From NCBI GenBank assembly GCA_951406725.2, contig OX597830.1:70804001-70868000 (forward strand): a stretch of 64,000 bases of DNA, written 5' to 3'. The position numbers and the translations under genes are program-made. Below are positions 1 through 13,210 of this stretch, piece after piece; the first letter of the stretch is position 1; each line of letters starts with the position of its first letter. Source of the stretch: Octopus vulgaris. Lineage: Eukaryota. The notes under the pieces were generated by a model. It made no database searches. It was not told where the DNA came from and saw nothing but the letters and a program-made list of their open reading frames with translations.

Positions 1-892
1 CTCTCTCTCTCTCTAAACACAACACTCACACACACTCACAGCGGTTTAATCTTTGATCTTATTATTGTAGATGTGATGTGGTGCTTGCTGGATTTAAGAT
101 GATAAGATGTGTTTTCATAGATAAGTGAAAGATTATCGTTTAGCGAGTGTGTATGCCTGGGCATGGGTAGGTGTGTATGTATATATGTGCGTAAATAAGT
201 GATCGTTTAACTGCGGGCAGACGAGAAGGAATGAGAGAAAAAAATATAAGGTGGGTGGTACCATATCCGAAAACAGATTGCAAGTGTTAATAGATCTTGT
301 ACTGTTGTATTTCAAACGGTGTAGGGGCATTTTTTTTTGTATTTGTGTATGTATGCATATGTATGGATATGTATGCGTTTGTTCTTGACTGAGCATATAT
401 ATATATGTGTGTGTGGAAGTGTGATGTGCGTGTGTTTGTGCTCTTGTGTATGAGAGTGCTTCTGTGGACGCTTATATGTGTAATTGGGTGGATGGGAAAG
501 ATTAAGAAAAATTGATATTTCTGATATACACAATTGAAATTGTAATTTCATATTGGAACAAAAGTATTAATTCTGTTCGCTGATATTTACATATATGCAA
601 GCACGTGTATGTATGTATGTATGTATGTATGTATGTATGTATGTATGTATGTATGTATGTATGTATGTATGTATGCATGCATGCATGTATATATATTCGT
701 GTTTGTGTGAGTGCTTGTGTGTGTGTGTACGCATATATATGCATGTATATATATATATATATATGTATACATACACGCACGCACGCACACACACAAACAC
801 ACACACACACACGCACATACACACACATTGCAAATAATACTTTTCAAAATATCTCTTTAGATATTTAAAGAAATCCGTAAAATTATCAAATA

Positions 893-1274
893 CTAGCAGT
901 ATCGCCCGGCGTTGCTCAGGTTTGTAAGGGAAATAACTATAAAGCATTTTTAGAGAGTTATAGCCAAAAAATAGCAAAAAAATGGAAAAAAAATGATGGT
1001 AAATTTTTTTTTGAGAGTTAAAAAATGTCGAGTTGCGTCCCCTAGACAGTCTGTGGTTTGTGTTTCTGATTCTCGACCCCATGTCGAATTTATCGATTTT
1101 TTCAGAACTGGAGGAACTTTATCAAAATTTTCGCTGCGTTAGTTTTGAATTATGACATTGGGCTATGTGTGTGTCAAGTTTCATCAGAATCGGTTGAAAG
1201 CAGTGGTCAGGGTGAGGGTACAACCAAACAGACACACAGAAACACACACAGACAAACTGCCGTTTATATAGAGA
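893..1274 (-). mobile_element. Non-autonomous Helitron, copy 1
   Basis: On the minus strand it starts TCTCTATATAAAC and ends CTAG before a T (893-896). A subterminal hairpin AGCAgtatCGCC-c-GGCGtTGCT is present, with no TIR or TSD. A near-identical copy lies at 6932-7299. Confidence 0.75.
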
Positions 1275-1710
1275 ATATTTACAAATTTTTAGGGAGTTGA
1301 GGGAGAAGCAAAGCGGCAAAGAATGTGACGAACTTTTGGAAAACAAATGTTCGTGTTTTGCCATCCTTGTTTGTAAGTTCTTTTCGTGTTCAACTATTCA
1401 GATACACTTGTTTTTTTTTAACAATCCGTATAGAAGCTGTATGTAATAATGGCGTTGACAATTAATTACAAGTTTAGATTCGGACTTATTTTGCCTTTCG
1501 ATGTCGATCATTTTCGCCTTGTATTTTTAATAAGGAGACATTTTGAATTCTCCTTTTGCACAAAGGTCTAGATTTTCACAATATTGAGCATTTCAAATCG
1601 ATTGACCTCCAATTTGCTCTTTGTGCACTCTCACGCGACTAGTCAGTTTTGTTGTCGCTTCTGCAGTGTATTTTCTGTTATTGTGTATATCATGCATTAG
1701 AAGAAATCTT

Positions 1711-2122
1711 GGATCTTTTCGGTTTGAACGGCAGTTTTTTCTAGCGGTTTCATATGAAATTGTCACCCATAATTATGACCCTAGTATCGATCTATTGCAT
1801 TTCAATCTGTTTTAGGGTTAGGGGTGGGGGGAAGGGTAACTTTTTTTCTTCAGAAATGTAAATAAACCCAATCTGTTGCTTAAACGAGGAACATATTCAT
1901 ACGGCACAGAATGTTTTCACCTCAATAGACGTCATTGATTGGTTGAAATTGCAGAAATTGAAGAAAAAACAATAACAATTATTTTACAAATTATAGAATT
2001 TTATCAATAAAGTCAAGAGAAAAAGATGTTTTATAAACACATTCTACCAGTATACGAAGTTTTAAAGTGTTTAGTTACGTGGAAATTATTTTTAAAAACT
2101 GCCGTTCAAACCGAAAAGATCC
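1711..2122. mobile_element. MITE with ~29-bp perfect TIRs (GG...CC termini)
   Basis: GGATCTTTTCGGTTTGAACGGCAGTTTTT at 1711 and its reverse complement ending at 2122. Flanks GAAATCTT/GAACTTTT may be a decayed 8-bp TSD. A telomere-like TTTAGGGTTAGGG lies inside. Confidence 0.85.
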
Positions 2123-4050
2123 GAACTTTTTTATTTGCAATTCATGTTTGCTTTCACTTTCAATTCCTTCCCATTCTTGAATGTTTTGGTTGTTCCTTGT
2201 TCAAGTATTTCATGCGTCCCACAACGAGGATCTCCACAGTTTGTTACCTGCATTGTTACCAGTTTGTTCTCTGATGTGGATCTCACCTTGATGCGTCTCT
2301 TGAAATTTGGTGGTTATCTTTGGCTATTCATGATTTGTCATTAAGTATTGTCGGAGATTTGATGTTTGATATAGAACTGAGAGGTACTGTTTGGATGAAT
2401 GTAGGATGTTGTAGTTTCTAGAATTATGGATGACTACAAATGGAAGGTTTACATTTGTGGGAGTTTTTTTTTCACCATCCGTGAGAGTGTGTCTCTGTAA
2501 GAGCAGCAATTGGGATTTCTTGTTATTTCTTTATGGAATGATTTATTAAGATTTTGAGTGTTTTTGTTTCTGAAGGAGCACATTTAGTTCTACTCGTCGT
2601 TTCTCACATTTATTTGTGCATTTATCTATTGAGCATATTCGTCTTGCTATATTAAAAGATGTGACCCTTTTTAGTGTGTGGTGGGTGGCAAGATCCCAAA
2701 TCTAAATACTGGTGTGTATCAGTGTACAGAAAAGGAAGTCCACTTTCAGTAATCTCCATAGGGAACTGGATCGAGTCATGAATGCTGTTTATTAATTAAA
2801 AAAATCTTACTTTTGTCTCGAGATATGAAGCAGCCATCTAAGTATCTTTTCTGGATTCGGATTAGAAATGTAGTTATTCCAGACAGATATAGACTTTCTT
2901 CCAGGAATTCCATTACTAGCGTCGAAGACGTCGGAGGATTTTCCTCCCCATTGCCATGCCTTGCATTTGTAGGAATGAAGTAATTATTTCCTAGTACGAA
3001 TCGTAATGTGGAGGCACATGGCCTAGTGGCTAGAGCCGCGGACTCGTGGTCGAGGAATCGTGGGTTCGAATCTCCGGCAGAAGGTAATGGCAAACTTCTG
3101 CTGACTTTTTCGCCACAACTTTCTCTCACTCTTTCCTCCTGTATCTTGCAGCTCACCTGCGACGGACCGGCGTCCCGTCCAGGTGGGGAACCTATACGCC
3201 AAGGAAACCGGGAAACCGGCCCTTATAAACCAGGCGTCGTTCGAGAAGGAACAAACAACAAACAACAACGAATCGTAATACTTCAAGTATAAATTCTTTT
3301 GCGTATCTCTTCCGAATTCTTTGTTGGTATCTGCGTAGCCAGAATCCTACTGCTTCTAATGATAATCCATAGGAGATATGTGTGTAGAGACTGGTTACGT
3401 CGAAACTAATCGGTATCCTCTCTTTACTCTGGAACATGGTTTAGGAAGTCCATGTCATCACTGATGAAACTAGGGACAAATTTACACAATAGTTTCAAAA
3501 TTACGCCAAGGAAATTGCTAAATCGTTGAATGCTAGACGTTGGTTCTGCAACAACTGGACGTAATTTTAGAGCAGCCTGTTAGAGATTCTTTATACTGTT
3601 ATTGATTTCTCTAGACTTAATGTTTGTAGAAAACCATAAAAGTTACTTGTTTCTACCTTAAAATTACTGATGTAATCCAATTACTTTTCCGTTAAGTCAG
3701 TTTTCAATTCGTTAATTTACCAATTTTACACATTGTTTGTTTATCTGCATTGGTTTCTAATTCTTTTGAGAAATCTTGGTCATTTAGTTTTTCTAAGACC
3801 ATTTCCATATCATGGATCTTGTCTATTTTTCAGTTTCATTAATGACTATAGAGCAATCTTTCTGCACACATTCCGATGTCTTTTGTTCATTCGTAATGGC
3901 TGCTTTATACGGTTTGTTGCAATGTTTGTGATTGCTGATCGTTTTAGGTACTTTATGTATTCCTCTAAGTGCTTAACGTTGTTCATTGGAGGCTTAAATC
4001 CAGTTTTGTTTTTCACAACTGATGGGCCTTGGTTGGTCGTGTTTCTTCTG
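2123..4050 (-). pseudogene. Decayed Penelope-like retroelement (RT through linker zinc motif), interrupted by a SINE
   Basis: Minus-strand peptides in PLE order: KTGFKPP..., SFDVTSLYT, RYLDGCFI (YLDD-like), TDTHQYLDLGSCHP, CGDPRCGT...KANMNC. Many stops and frameshifts; cut at its 3' side by the MITE. Confidence 0.85.
3008..3267 (+). mobile_element. tRNA-derived SINE (family C, octopus OR-like) with 12-bp TSD
   Basis: A box TGGCCTAGTGG, B box GGTTCGAATC and (AAC) tail. TSD ACGAATCGTAAT at 2996-3007 and 3268-3279. Confidence 0.9.
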
Positions 4051-4056
4051 GAATAT

Positions 4057-4109
<53 letters not shown>

Positions 4110-4895
4110 ATTATTATTTGAGGGAATAAAATCCAAAACTTACAAGGAAAAAATTCAATTTAGAAAAACTAAATCAAATTTCACACAATATAATATATAT
4201 ATAAAAAATTAGGAAAAAACCACCTACGTTTTAATTATTATTTTTTTGCAATTTACTTAATCATTAACATTTTATTGTTACTTTAAATTTAATATTTCTA
4301 TTATATGTAATTTTCTAGATGGTGTAATTTAATTGTTCATTTTGAATTGATAAAAGGTGGGTTTTTTCTTCTAATTTATATATATATATGTATTCGTGAT
4401 TAGCGACAGAAGCAATTTTAGTACAAACTAGCATTCTGCATATCTTACTTAAGATGGATATACTATAGAAAGTTACATAACTACTTAGACGTAAGGATAA
4501 TTACGACCTTTACCCATACTGTGCGCAATAAAACTGCTAGGTATAGAAGCTGATGAACTACAACACTAGAAGATGAATGCATAATGATAATCTACGTTGC
4601 GCTCTAACTCATACGGTAGTAGTCAAACATCTAAATGTACACACAAGCTATACACACATATATACAAACATGAATGCATATATATATATGTGTGTGTGAG
4701 TGTGTGTTTGTCTGTGCGTGCGCGCGCGAAACGTGTGTGTATGTATGTATTTATTTATATATATATATATATTATCCAGTTACCCAACAGCCAATATCAA
4801 GAGCATCAATAGGGAACACGAAAGTATGACAATAATTAGCAACACTGATGAATGCTAACGTTTCTGCCAGCTCGCCGCCTTATCGAACGAAATAT

Positions 4896-5087
4896 TACTG
4901 TACTTAGTGATATACAAGTCGAATTTTTTCGGACCAAAATTTAACGTCTCAAAAAAGGTAGGTTGACTTTTCAAAACCAAGACAACCAAAATGCCATATG
5001 AAATGCAGCAAGATTTGGAAAGGTTCTGAAGATGTTTGAATAATTACACTACATGCTAGGTCGACTTGTATGTCGTAAATATGATAT
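4896..5087. mobile_element. Decayed Tc1/mariner (Tigger/Tc2-like) MITE
   Basis: Imperfect inverted ends TACTGTAC...ATACAAGTCGA / TCGACTTGTAT...ATATGATA. Confidence 0.45.
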
Positions 5088-5199
5088 ACAATATTCGATA
5101 TCTTTACATTCAAATCCAATCGAAGTCAAATTTGGAACCAATACCAGTGTGTTCTTTTTCTAATTTTCCCTCGAATCCTGTCTTAGTTTCACTTTAATA

Positions 5200-5872
5200 T
5201 TCTTTCTGCAATAGGCACAAGGCCTGAAATTTTAGGGGAGGGGATTAGTTGGTTTCATCGACCCCAGTGTTTCACTGGTAATTAATTCATCGACCCCGAA
5301 AAGATGAAATACAAAATCGACCGCGACAGTATTTGAACTCAGAACGTAGCGGCTGACGAAATACCGCTAAGCAACCCCCACCCCGGCGTGCTAACGATTC
5401 TGCCAGCTTGCCGCCTTAACAGCATCCCTTTAATATCATTTTCTACTCTAGGCACAAGGCCAAGAATTTTTGGGGAAGGTGTCAGTCGATTAGATCGACC
5501 CAGTGCTTCACTGGTATTTAATTTATCGACCCCGATAAGACAAAAATCGATGGCAGCGGTATTTGAACTCAGAACGTAGCGGCTGACAAAATACCTATTT
5601 CTTTATTACCCACAAGGGGCTAAACACAGAGGGGACAAACAAGGACAGACATAGGTATTAAGTCGATTACATCGTCCCCAGTGCGTAACTGGTACTTAAT
5701 TTATCGACCCCGAAAGGATGAAAGGCAAAGTCGACCTCGGCGGAATTCGAACTCACAACGTAACGCAGACGAAAGACCGCTAAGCATTTCGCCCGGCGTG
5801 CTAACATTTCTGCCAGCTCCGCTAAGCAACCCCCTACCCGGCGTGCTAACGATTCTGCCAGCTTGCCGCCTT
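5200..5872 (-). mobile_element. Head-to-tail cluster of family-A tRNA SINEs (Deu/Nin-like core)
   Basis: Three partial or full copies with B box GAGTTC(A/G)AAT and core GTCGACTTTGCCTTTCATCCTTTCGGGGTCGATAAATTAAGTACCAG (read on the minus strand). Confidence 0.85.
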
Positions 5873-6931
5873 AATAGTATCACCTTAATACCGACATCAG
5901 GAACATTAGTATGTTTGATATACCCTATACAACATATTATTTCGTAATTTCTAAAAACAAACTGTTCCTATGTTTCTTATATTATGTTCGCTTTGTTATT
6001 TTAAAGAAAAATATCTTTTGCATTTTATCTTTTATCACACTTTGTTTCAACAACATAATCTAGATGCTGTTCGGAGCAGAGACCATTTTTTTTTTAATTA
6101 AAGATTTACATTTCCTTTCTCTGATTGGTTCATTACAATTTCTTTTTAACTTTAGCGCTCTTAGGTTTTCTACACATTGAAGTTTCCATACTTTGGATGA
6201 AAGGAGATGTCATATCATTCGATCTCTGGTTTTACATATAGAACTGGAATTGTTTTATCACGCGATTTTTCGTTTAAAATAATGTATATGAGGAAATTGA
6301 AGTTTCTCCATCGCTCTGAGGGTGTCTGTTACGACAAAAATATTAGCATGCTGGATTACATGGTATATTTACGTCTTAGTAGTACATATTTTATATGCTT
6401 CGCAGCGAACATGGACTTAGTAGAAAATCCATAACTATTTCGTGCTGTTGGACAAGTAAAGTTTACTTTACTCGTATATATCAGGAGCAGTCTTTTTTGT
6501 TTAAGCATATTTCATCTCTGATCAAACTCACGTATGATAAAAAAAAAAAAGAAACAACAAAATTACCTTTGTCTGCATATACTAGTTCAGGCATTGACCT
6601 TCTTGTTTCAGGTCTGACTTGAGACAGACTTGTCTACTATTTCTAGTAGATTATTGAACCACATAAAGCAACAACGACTTGAACAATAATTTTTGACAAC
6701 ATGCAGTAATTTTACTGCTAGAGAAATCCACATACATTAGTATACTATGCAGGTCTTTATCCACGACTAATGTAGAGATGTTTTCCATTTGGTCTGTTTC
6801 TTTTACTATATATCGAAGATCTTCGGTAAAACACACAATAGACCAATCGAGTTTAATACACTAGTTTATTACTTAAGCGATCTTGCATTTAGATGCGTTA
6901 AACATTTTTTAACTAACAGTTTATATATATA

Positions 6932-7299
6932 CTAGCAGTATCGCCCGGCGTTGCTCAGGTTTGTAAGGGAAATAACTATAAAGCATTTTTAGAGAGTTAT
7001 AGCCAAAAAATAGCAAAAAAATGATGGTAAATTTTTTTTGAGTTAAAAGAGGTTGAGTTGCGTCCCCTAGACAGTCTGTGGTTTGTTTCTGATTCTCGAC
7101 CCCATGTCGATTTTATCGATTTTTCAGAACTGGGGGAACTTTTCAAAATTTTCGCTGCGTTAGTTTTGAATTATGACATTGGGCTATGTGTGTGTCAAGT
7201 TTCATCAGAATCGGTTGAAAGCCGTGGTCAGGGTGAGGGTACAACCAAACAGACACACAGAAACACGCACAGACAAACTGCCGTTTATATAGAGAGAGA
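6932..7299 (-). mobile_element. Non-autonomous Helitron, copy 2
   Basis: Same sequence as 893-1274. Minus-strand ends read A|TC...CTAG|T, with the subterminal hairpin. Confidence 0.8.
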
Positions 7300-7304
7300 T
7301 ATAT

Positions 7305-7830
7305 TCCATGTCAGGTCGTTCTCTAGTGCTACTGATAACATGTAACCCAATACAACCTGTTGCATGGTCGGATCGTCGGTGACCCTATCGGTGACCCTGG
7401 CAACCCTATGAAGCTTGCTTGGTGAGGAGAGTGATTATTGAACACCCTGCGAGACGAAAAATAAGACCGGTCAAAGGGCGGAAGAACTACTATGTAGTCA
7501 ACGGCCAGTTCAACAAGTACCTTGTCGCGGTGAAGTGCATGTGTGATCTATTGACCCGGAGAGCTATGCTGGAGGGAGAGAAATCTTCAGGTTGTTCGAA
7601 GAGTAGGGGGTAGACAAAACCTTAACGACAATAAATCGAAGCGTCGGCAGCAGGGCGTAGATTTAGTTATCGGCAGCACATAACAGATCAGATTCCTGGC
7701 TTTGAACTAGCAGGATGTCATGCAGAGGATCTTGAATGCGAGACAATGGATGAGACCCTAATAATGCTAGGTAAAGGGAAACTGCGGGACCACTTGGAGC
7801 AGCGTCCTGTAACTCCTACAGTATGCACAA
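7305..7830 (+). mobile_element. GC-richer repeat fragment resembling the 5' region of an RTE-type LINE
   Basis: Compositional island with no ORF; resemblance by pattern only. Confidence 0.3.
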
Positions 7831-8129
7831 CCGAAACCCCTAAAAGGGGGCGTCCTATGGGACGACCTAGATAACTTATATATATATATATATTGATATA
7901 CACACATAGCCTCTAATAACACCCAACGAACCCCTGCTTTAATAACTTGTTTCCAGCACTTCTTCCCCAGAAAACAACCCCGGATGTTTTGTTCCCACCT
8001 CTGTCTTATCTATTATTTGTTTATATTTAACTTTTCATTTTTATTCAATAGCTACAAGTGCATCAAGTTCTTCTCAGAGGCTTCCGTCTGATGAAATCAT
8101 AAACAAGCATGTATACCAATACATTTTAT

Positions 8130-8575
8130 TGCAGATCATCGTCGACTTACGACCACAATTGGTTCTGACTGACTGGTCGTAAGTCGATTTGGTCGTAAGT
8201 CGGACTACAGGCCTACATAGCTTTGTTTTATATTTTTACATTCTTAAGGTATATTCTCAGGTAAAGGTCATACACAGCATCCTCTGTATTCTACTATTAT
8301 ACTGGCATTAGTCAAAAACTTTGGTGACTCAAGGAGTCGTCTAATAAACAAATATGAGGTTGCCTAGATGTCTCCGTGACGGAATAGTCATCCAACATAG
8401 TGGCGATCGATAACTAGGGAAAGCGTTTAGCTGACATCATCCGTAGACAGGTTAATTTCTAAGAAATTAACCCATTAGATTTCAACTGGACTACTTATTC
8501 TTGCTGCCGCGAGCTGGCGTGCCAATCGTTGTAAAGTCGATTGGTCGTAAGTCGGATAGGTCGTAAGTTGTATTC
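8130..8575. mobile_element. Decayed Tigger/pogo-type MITE
   Basis: CGACTTACGACC at the left end, with repeated inverted GGTCGTAAGTCG motifs near both ends, as in Tigger-derived MITEs. Confidence 0.6.
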
Positions 8576-9170
8576 CAATATATAGTGCTGATTTTATATG
8601 CACACACACGCATGCACGCACATTTACACTAACGCATATATATTATTTTTAGGGGGCAATATTTATAAAGTGACTCGAGGTCCACGATTTTCGTGCTTGG
8701 CACTTATGAATGTGATTCATTACCAAGAATCAAGCTTCGGCACTTGAGTCACAATTGTAACTTTATGTTGATTAAATATAATAAAGCACACTCACACACA
8801 CACATATCAAACACACATATGTAGGCACACACACGCACACACACACGCGCAAACACACACACATATGAAATGCAATATATATTTTAATATGATATATATG
8901 ATATAGTGTTATATTTATATATATATATATATATATATATTATGTCATATGTATTATTACACATAAATATACACACACACACATCCACATACCCCCCCGC
9001 ACACACATATATATATATATATATATTTATATTTATAGATCTATCAATGTGAAAGGCATATTAATGTATAATACATACACATATACGCGCATATCTATGT
9101 ATGTATGTACGTACGTATGTATGTATGTATGTATGTATGTATGTATCTGTCTATCTGTATTCATAGCTAG

Positions 9171-9310
<140 letters not shown>

Positions 9311-9984
9311 CTCCATTAATAGCACGTGCTCTTACGCACAGACGCACACACAACACACACACACACACATACACACACACACACACACATACACACACAC
9401 ACATGTATTCTGACAAAGAAACGTGTCGATAGGTAATTATACAAATCAACAACCGAAATGAAATAATATCTGTAAAAGGAACCCCAGAATAAAAAAAATA
9501 TATAACACCCACCCTCTACCGCCCCCGGCACTATCAACACTTACTATCACCACCACCACCACCATCACCACCACCGCATACATGCAGACATAAAATAATA
9601 CGAATGGATGAAAATAATAACATTTAAATATTAAAAGAAGATAAAAATAATATAAACGGTTGAGAAATGATTTCTATAGATTATCATCTGGTGTTGGCTA
9701 AGCCGTAGTTTAATAACATTTATAGATAAGAAGGGATTGGCGGTAAAAGAGATAATCGATGATGATGATGATTATGATGATGATGATGGTGGTGGTGGTG
9801 GTGGTGGTGGTGGCGGTGATGGTTGTGGTGGTGCCGGCGATGGTAGTGGTGGTGGTAGTGATGGTGATGATGATCATTATGAGGATGATGATGATGGTGA
9901 TGATGATGATTATAACGACGCTGGTGCTACTATTGATGACAATAACAATGATAATGATGATGATTATGGTGATGATGGTGGTGG

Positions 9985-10024
<40 letters not shown>

Positions 10025-10074
10025 AATTAAAAAATGAGAAGAAAAGCAAGAAGAAAATGGAAGATGCTACTACT

Positions 10075-10240
10075 ATTAGTACTACAACTGGTGCAGCTAC
10101 TACTCCTACTACTACTACTATTAGTACTACAACTGGTGCAGCTACTACTCCTACTACTACTACTATTAGTACTACAACTGGTGCAGCTACTACTCCTACT
10201 ACTACTACTATTAGTACTACAACTGGTGCAGCTACTACTC

Positions 10241-10295
<55 letters not shown>

Positions 10296-10300
10296 TACTC
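10075..10300 (+). repeat. 45-bp minisatellite x4 grading into (ACT)n
   Basis: Unit ATTAGTACTACAACTGGTGCAGCTACTACTCCTACTACTACTACT repeated exactly four times. Confidence 0.9.
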
Positions 10301-10344
10301 AGTGTAATAGCTATACAAGAAGGAAGAATATTTGTAAACCATAA

Positions 10345-11385
<1,041 letters not shown>

Positions 11386-12311
11386 GGACCCGAGGCTATA
11401 GTAGAAGGCACTTCTCCATGGCGTGACGCTGAGTTACTGAACGCTAAGTGATTGAGATGGAAACTTCTTAACACACACCCACACCCGCGCTTTTGTGGAA
11501 TTTAAAAAGATTTTTTACTGCAATGGCGTCGTTGGTTACAAATTTCTAACCGGCCAATCATTGGTTCACTGAATTTATAATGGCGAGATTGACGTTTAAG
11601 AGTTTGCAAAATTTGAACTGAATAAATAGAATGTTTCCGGTTTATCAGTTTTCTTACCAATGCGTATATCTTTTGTTAATATACATGAAGAAAATACTTC
11701 GCTGCCACCATCACCATCACCACACAAATATAAAGAGCTTCCGCAGGGTTTCTGTCCATTAAATTTTACATATAAGGCATGGTCGGCTCTGAGACTATAG
11801 TAAAGTGTAGTGGATACGAACCGGAAACATAGAGCTTGCGAAATGAACTTCTTAACCACACGATCATGCCTACCCCTCTTGATACAATAACGGCGACCCA
11901 TCGACCAGAATCAAACTACATATGCGTTCAACTTACGATAGTGATATAGCAAGCATTCAAAGACATTATACAGAACCTTGTAGAGAAGACACCGACTAAA
12001 TCTAGTCGGTAGTGTTTAATCAACTACATTATTTCCTTCTCTTTACCCATAAGGGTTATGGCACTCAGATTATCAACCACTAAAAATCGTTCTTTCATAC
12101 CCCACTTAGAGGTCTCGGGAACAGCAACAATCTACTCCAGAACAAGTTGCAGGTTTATTGCTGATTATTAGTTTGTAAGCGTATTTTTACTTCCTTGTAA
12201 TAAAGCCTGATTAACATCTCATGTTAATCACGGGCCGAGGGATTTTTTAAGCACCATGCACGAAATCTCGGCTCTTGAGTTGCTTTTATAAACTTTCAGC
12301 CGATTATAACA

Positions 12312-12407
<96 letters not shown>

Positions 12408-12534
12408 CCGAAATTACTACGATGATCCGGTTCTTGACTGAAGACTGAGGGCTTCGAATGTCCTGTCTGTGTTTGTTGTATCGTCTTCTAAGTTTTTATG
12501 CGTTCTTGTCTCAGTTTGTATTTTTCTACATATC

Positions 12535-12589
<55 letters not shown>

Positions 12590-12711
12590 TATTTATACCC
12601 GCCCAAACACATACATATATATTGTATATATCTAATATTATGAGTATTTGAATATACGGGAAAATGTATATAAACATGTAGATGTATGAATATATGTTTA
12701 TATGTAAGCAT

Positions 12712-13084
12712 GAGTGGATATTACTGTGTGGTAGGAAGCTTACTTCCCAACTACATGGTTCCTGGTTCAGTTCCTCTGCGTGGCACCTGAGGCAAGTGTT
12801 TTTTACTATTGTCTCGGGCCGACCAAAGCTTTGTGAGTAGATCTGCAACTGTAGCATCCTACATATATTTTTCTTTTTACTTTTATTCTCTTATTTTTCC
12901 TTATAATTCTTATTTCCATCCTTTTCTAAAATATCTCTACTGTTTCCCCTCTATTTAACCATCTCACATTGTCTCTGATGAAGGGATATCCCTAATATCC
13001 CAGAATCAGCTGTAAGACTAAATTTCTCTTTATAGATGTCCTCAAAACTTCCACTCAGCCTTGGCTTTGTTGTCTCAGTTTGTT

Positions 13085-13126
<42 letters not shown>

Positions 13127-13210
13127 TTATGCATGTATATAGGTATATATCTGTGTGTCTGTGTTCCTACATCACTACTTGACAACCGGTGCTGGTGTGT
13201 TTTCATCCCC
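12712..13210 (+). mobile_element. Family-B SINE, split by an HHR-bearing fragment
   Basis: 5' head at 12712-12845 and a 3'-half fragment at about 13150-13210, separated by unrelated sequence that carries a hammerhead motif. Confidence 0.6.
12971..13018 (+). ncRNA. Minimal type-I hammerhead ribozyme (one core mutation)
   Basis: GTCT-CTGATGA-a-GGGATAT(cccta)ATATCCC-a-GAAt-CAGCTG-TA-AGAC. Stem I GTCT/AGAC, palindromic stem III, GUA site. A related fragment at ~60104 keeps GAAACAGCTGT. Confidence 0.7.

Noticed and set aside
502-868. Long ORFs such as (MYVC)n, (HTYI)n, (YI)n, here and at 46780-47516, 60458-61357 and elsewhere
   Set aside because: Translations of stop-free microsatellites, open in several frames and on both strands.
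3008-3080. tRNA genes in SINE heads
   Set aside because: A/B boxes continue into SINE bodies and tails with TSDs; no complete cloverleaf.
9737-10037. Asp/Gly-rich and poly-Met ORFs (also 41073-41695, 56136-56618, 58322-58887)
   Set aside because: Trinucleotide microsatellite mosaics with no splice or domain support.
12415-12535. CTGAAGA...GAATGTC hammerhead-like string
   Set aside because: No convincing stem I or II and no GAAA. Isolated CTGATGA/CTGAGGA strings near 4550, 8088, 15887, 16690 and 44889 were rejected for the same reason.
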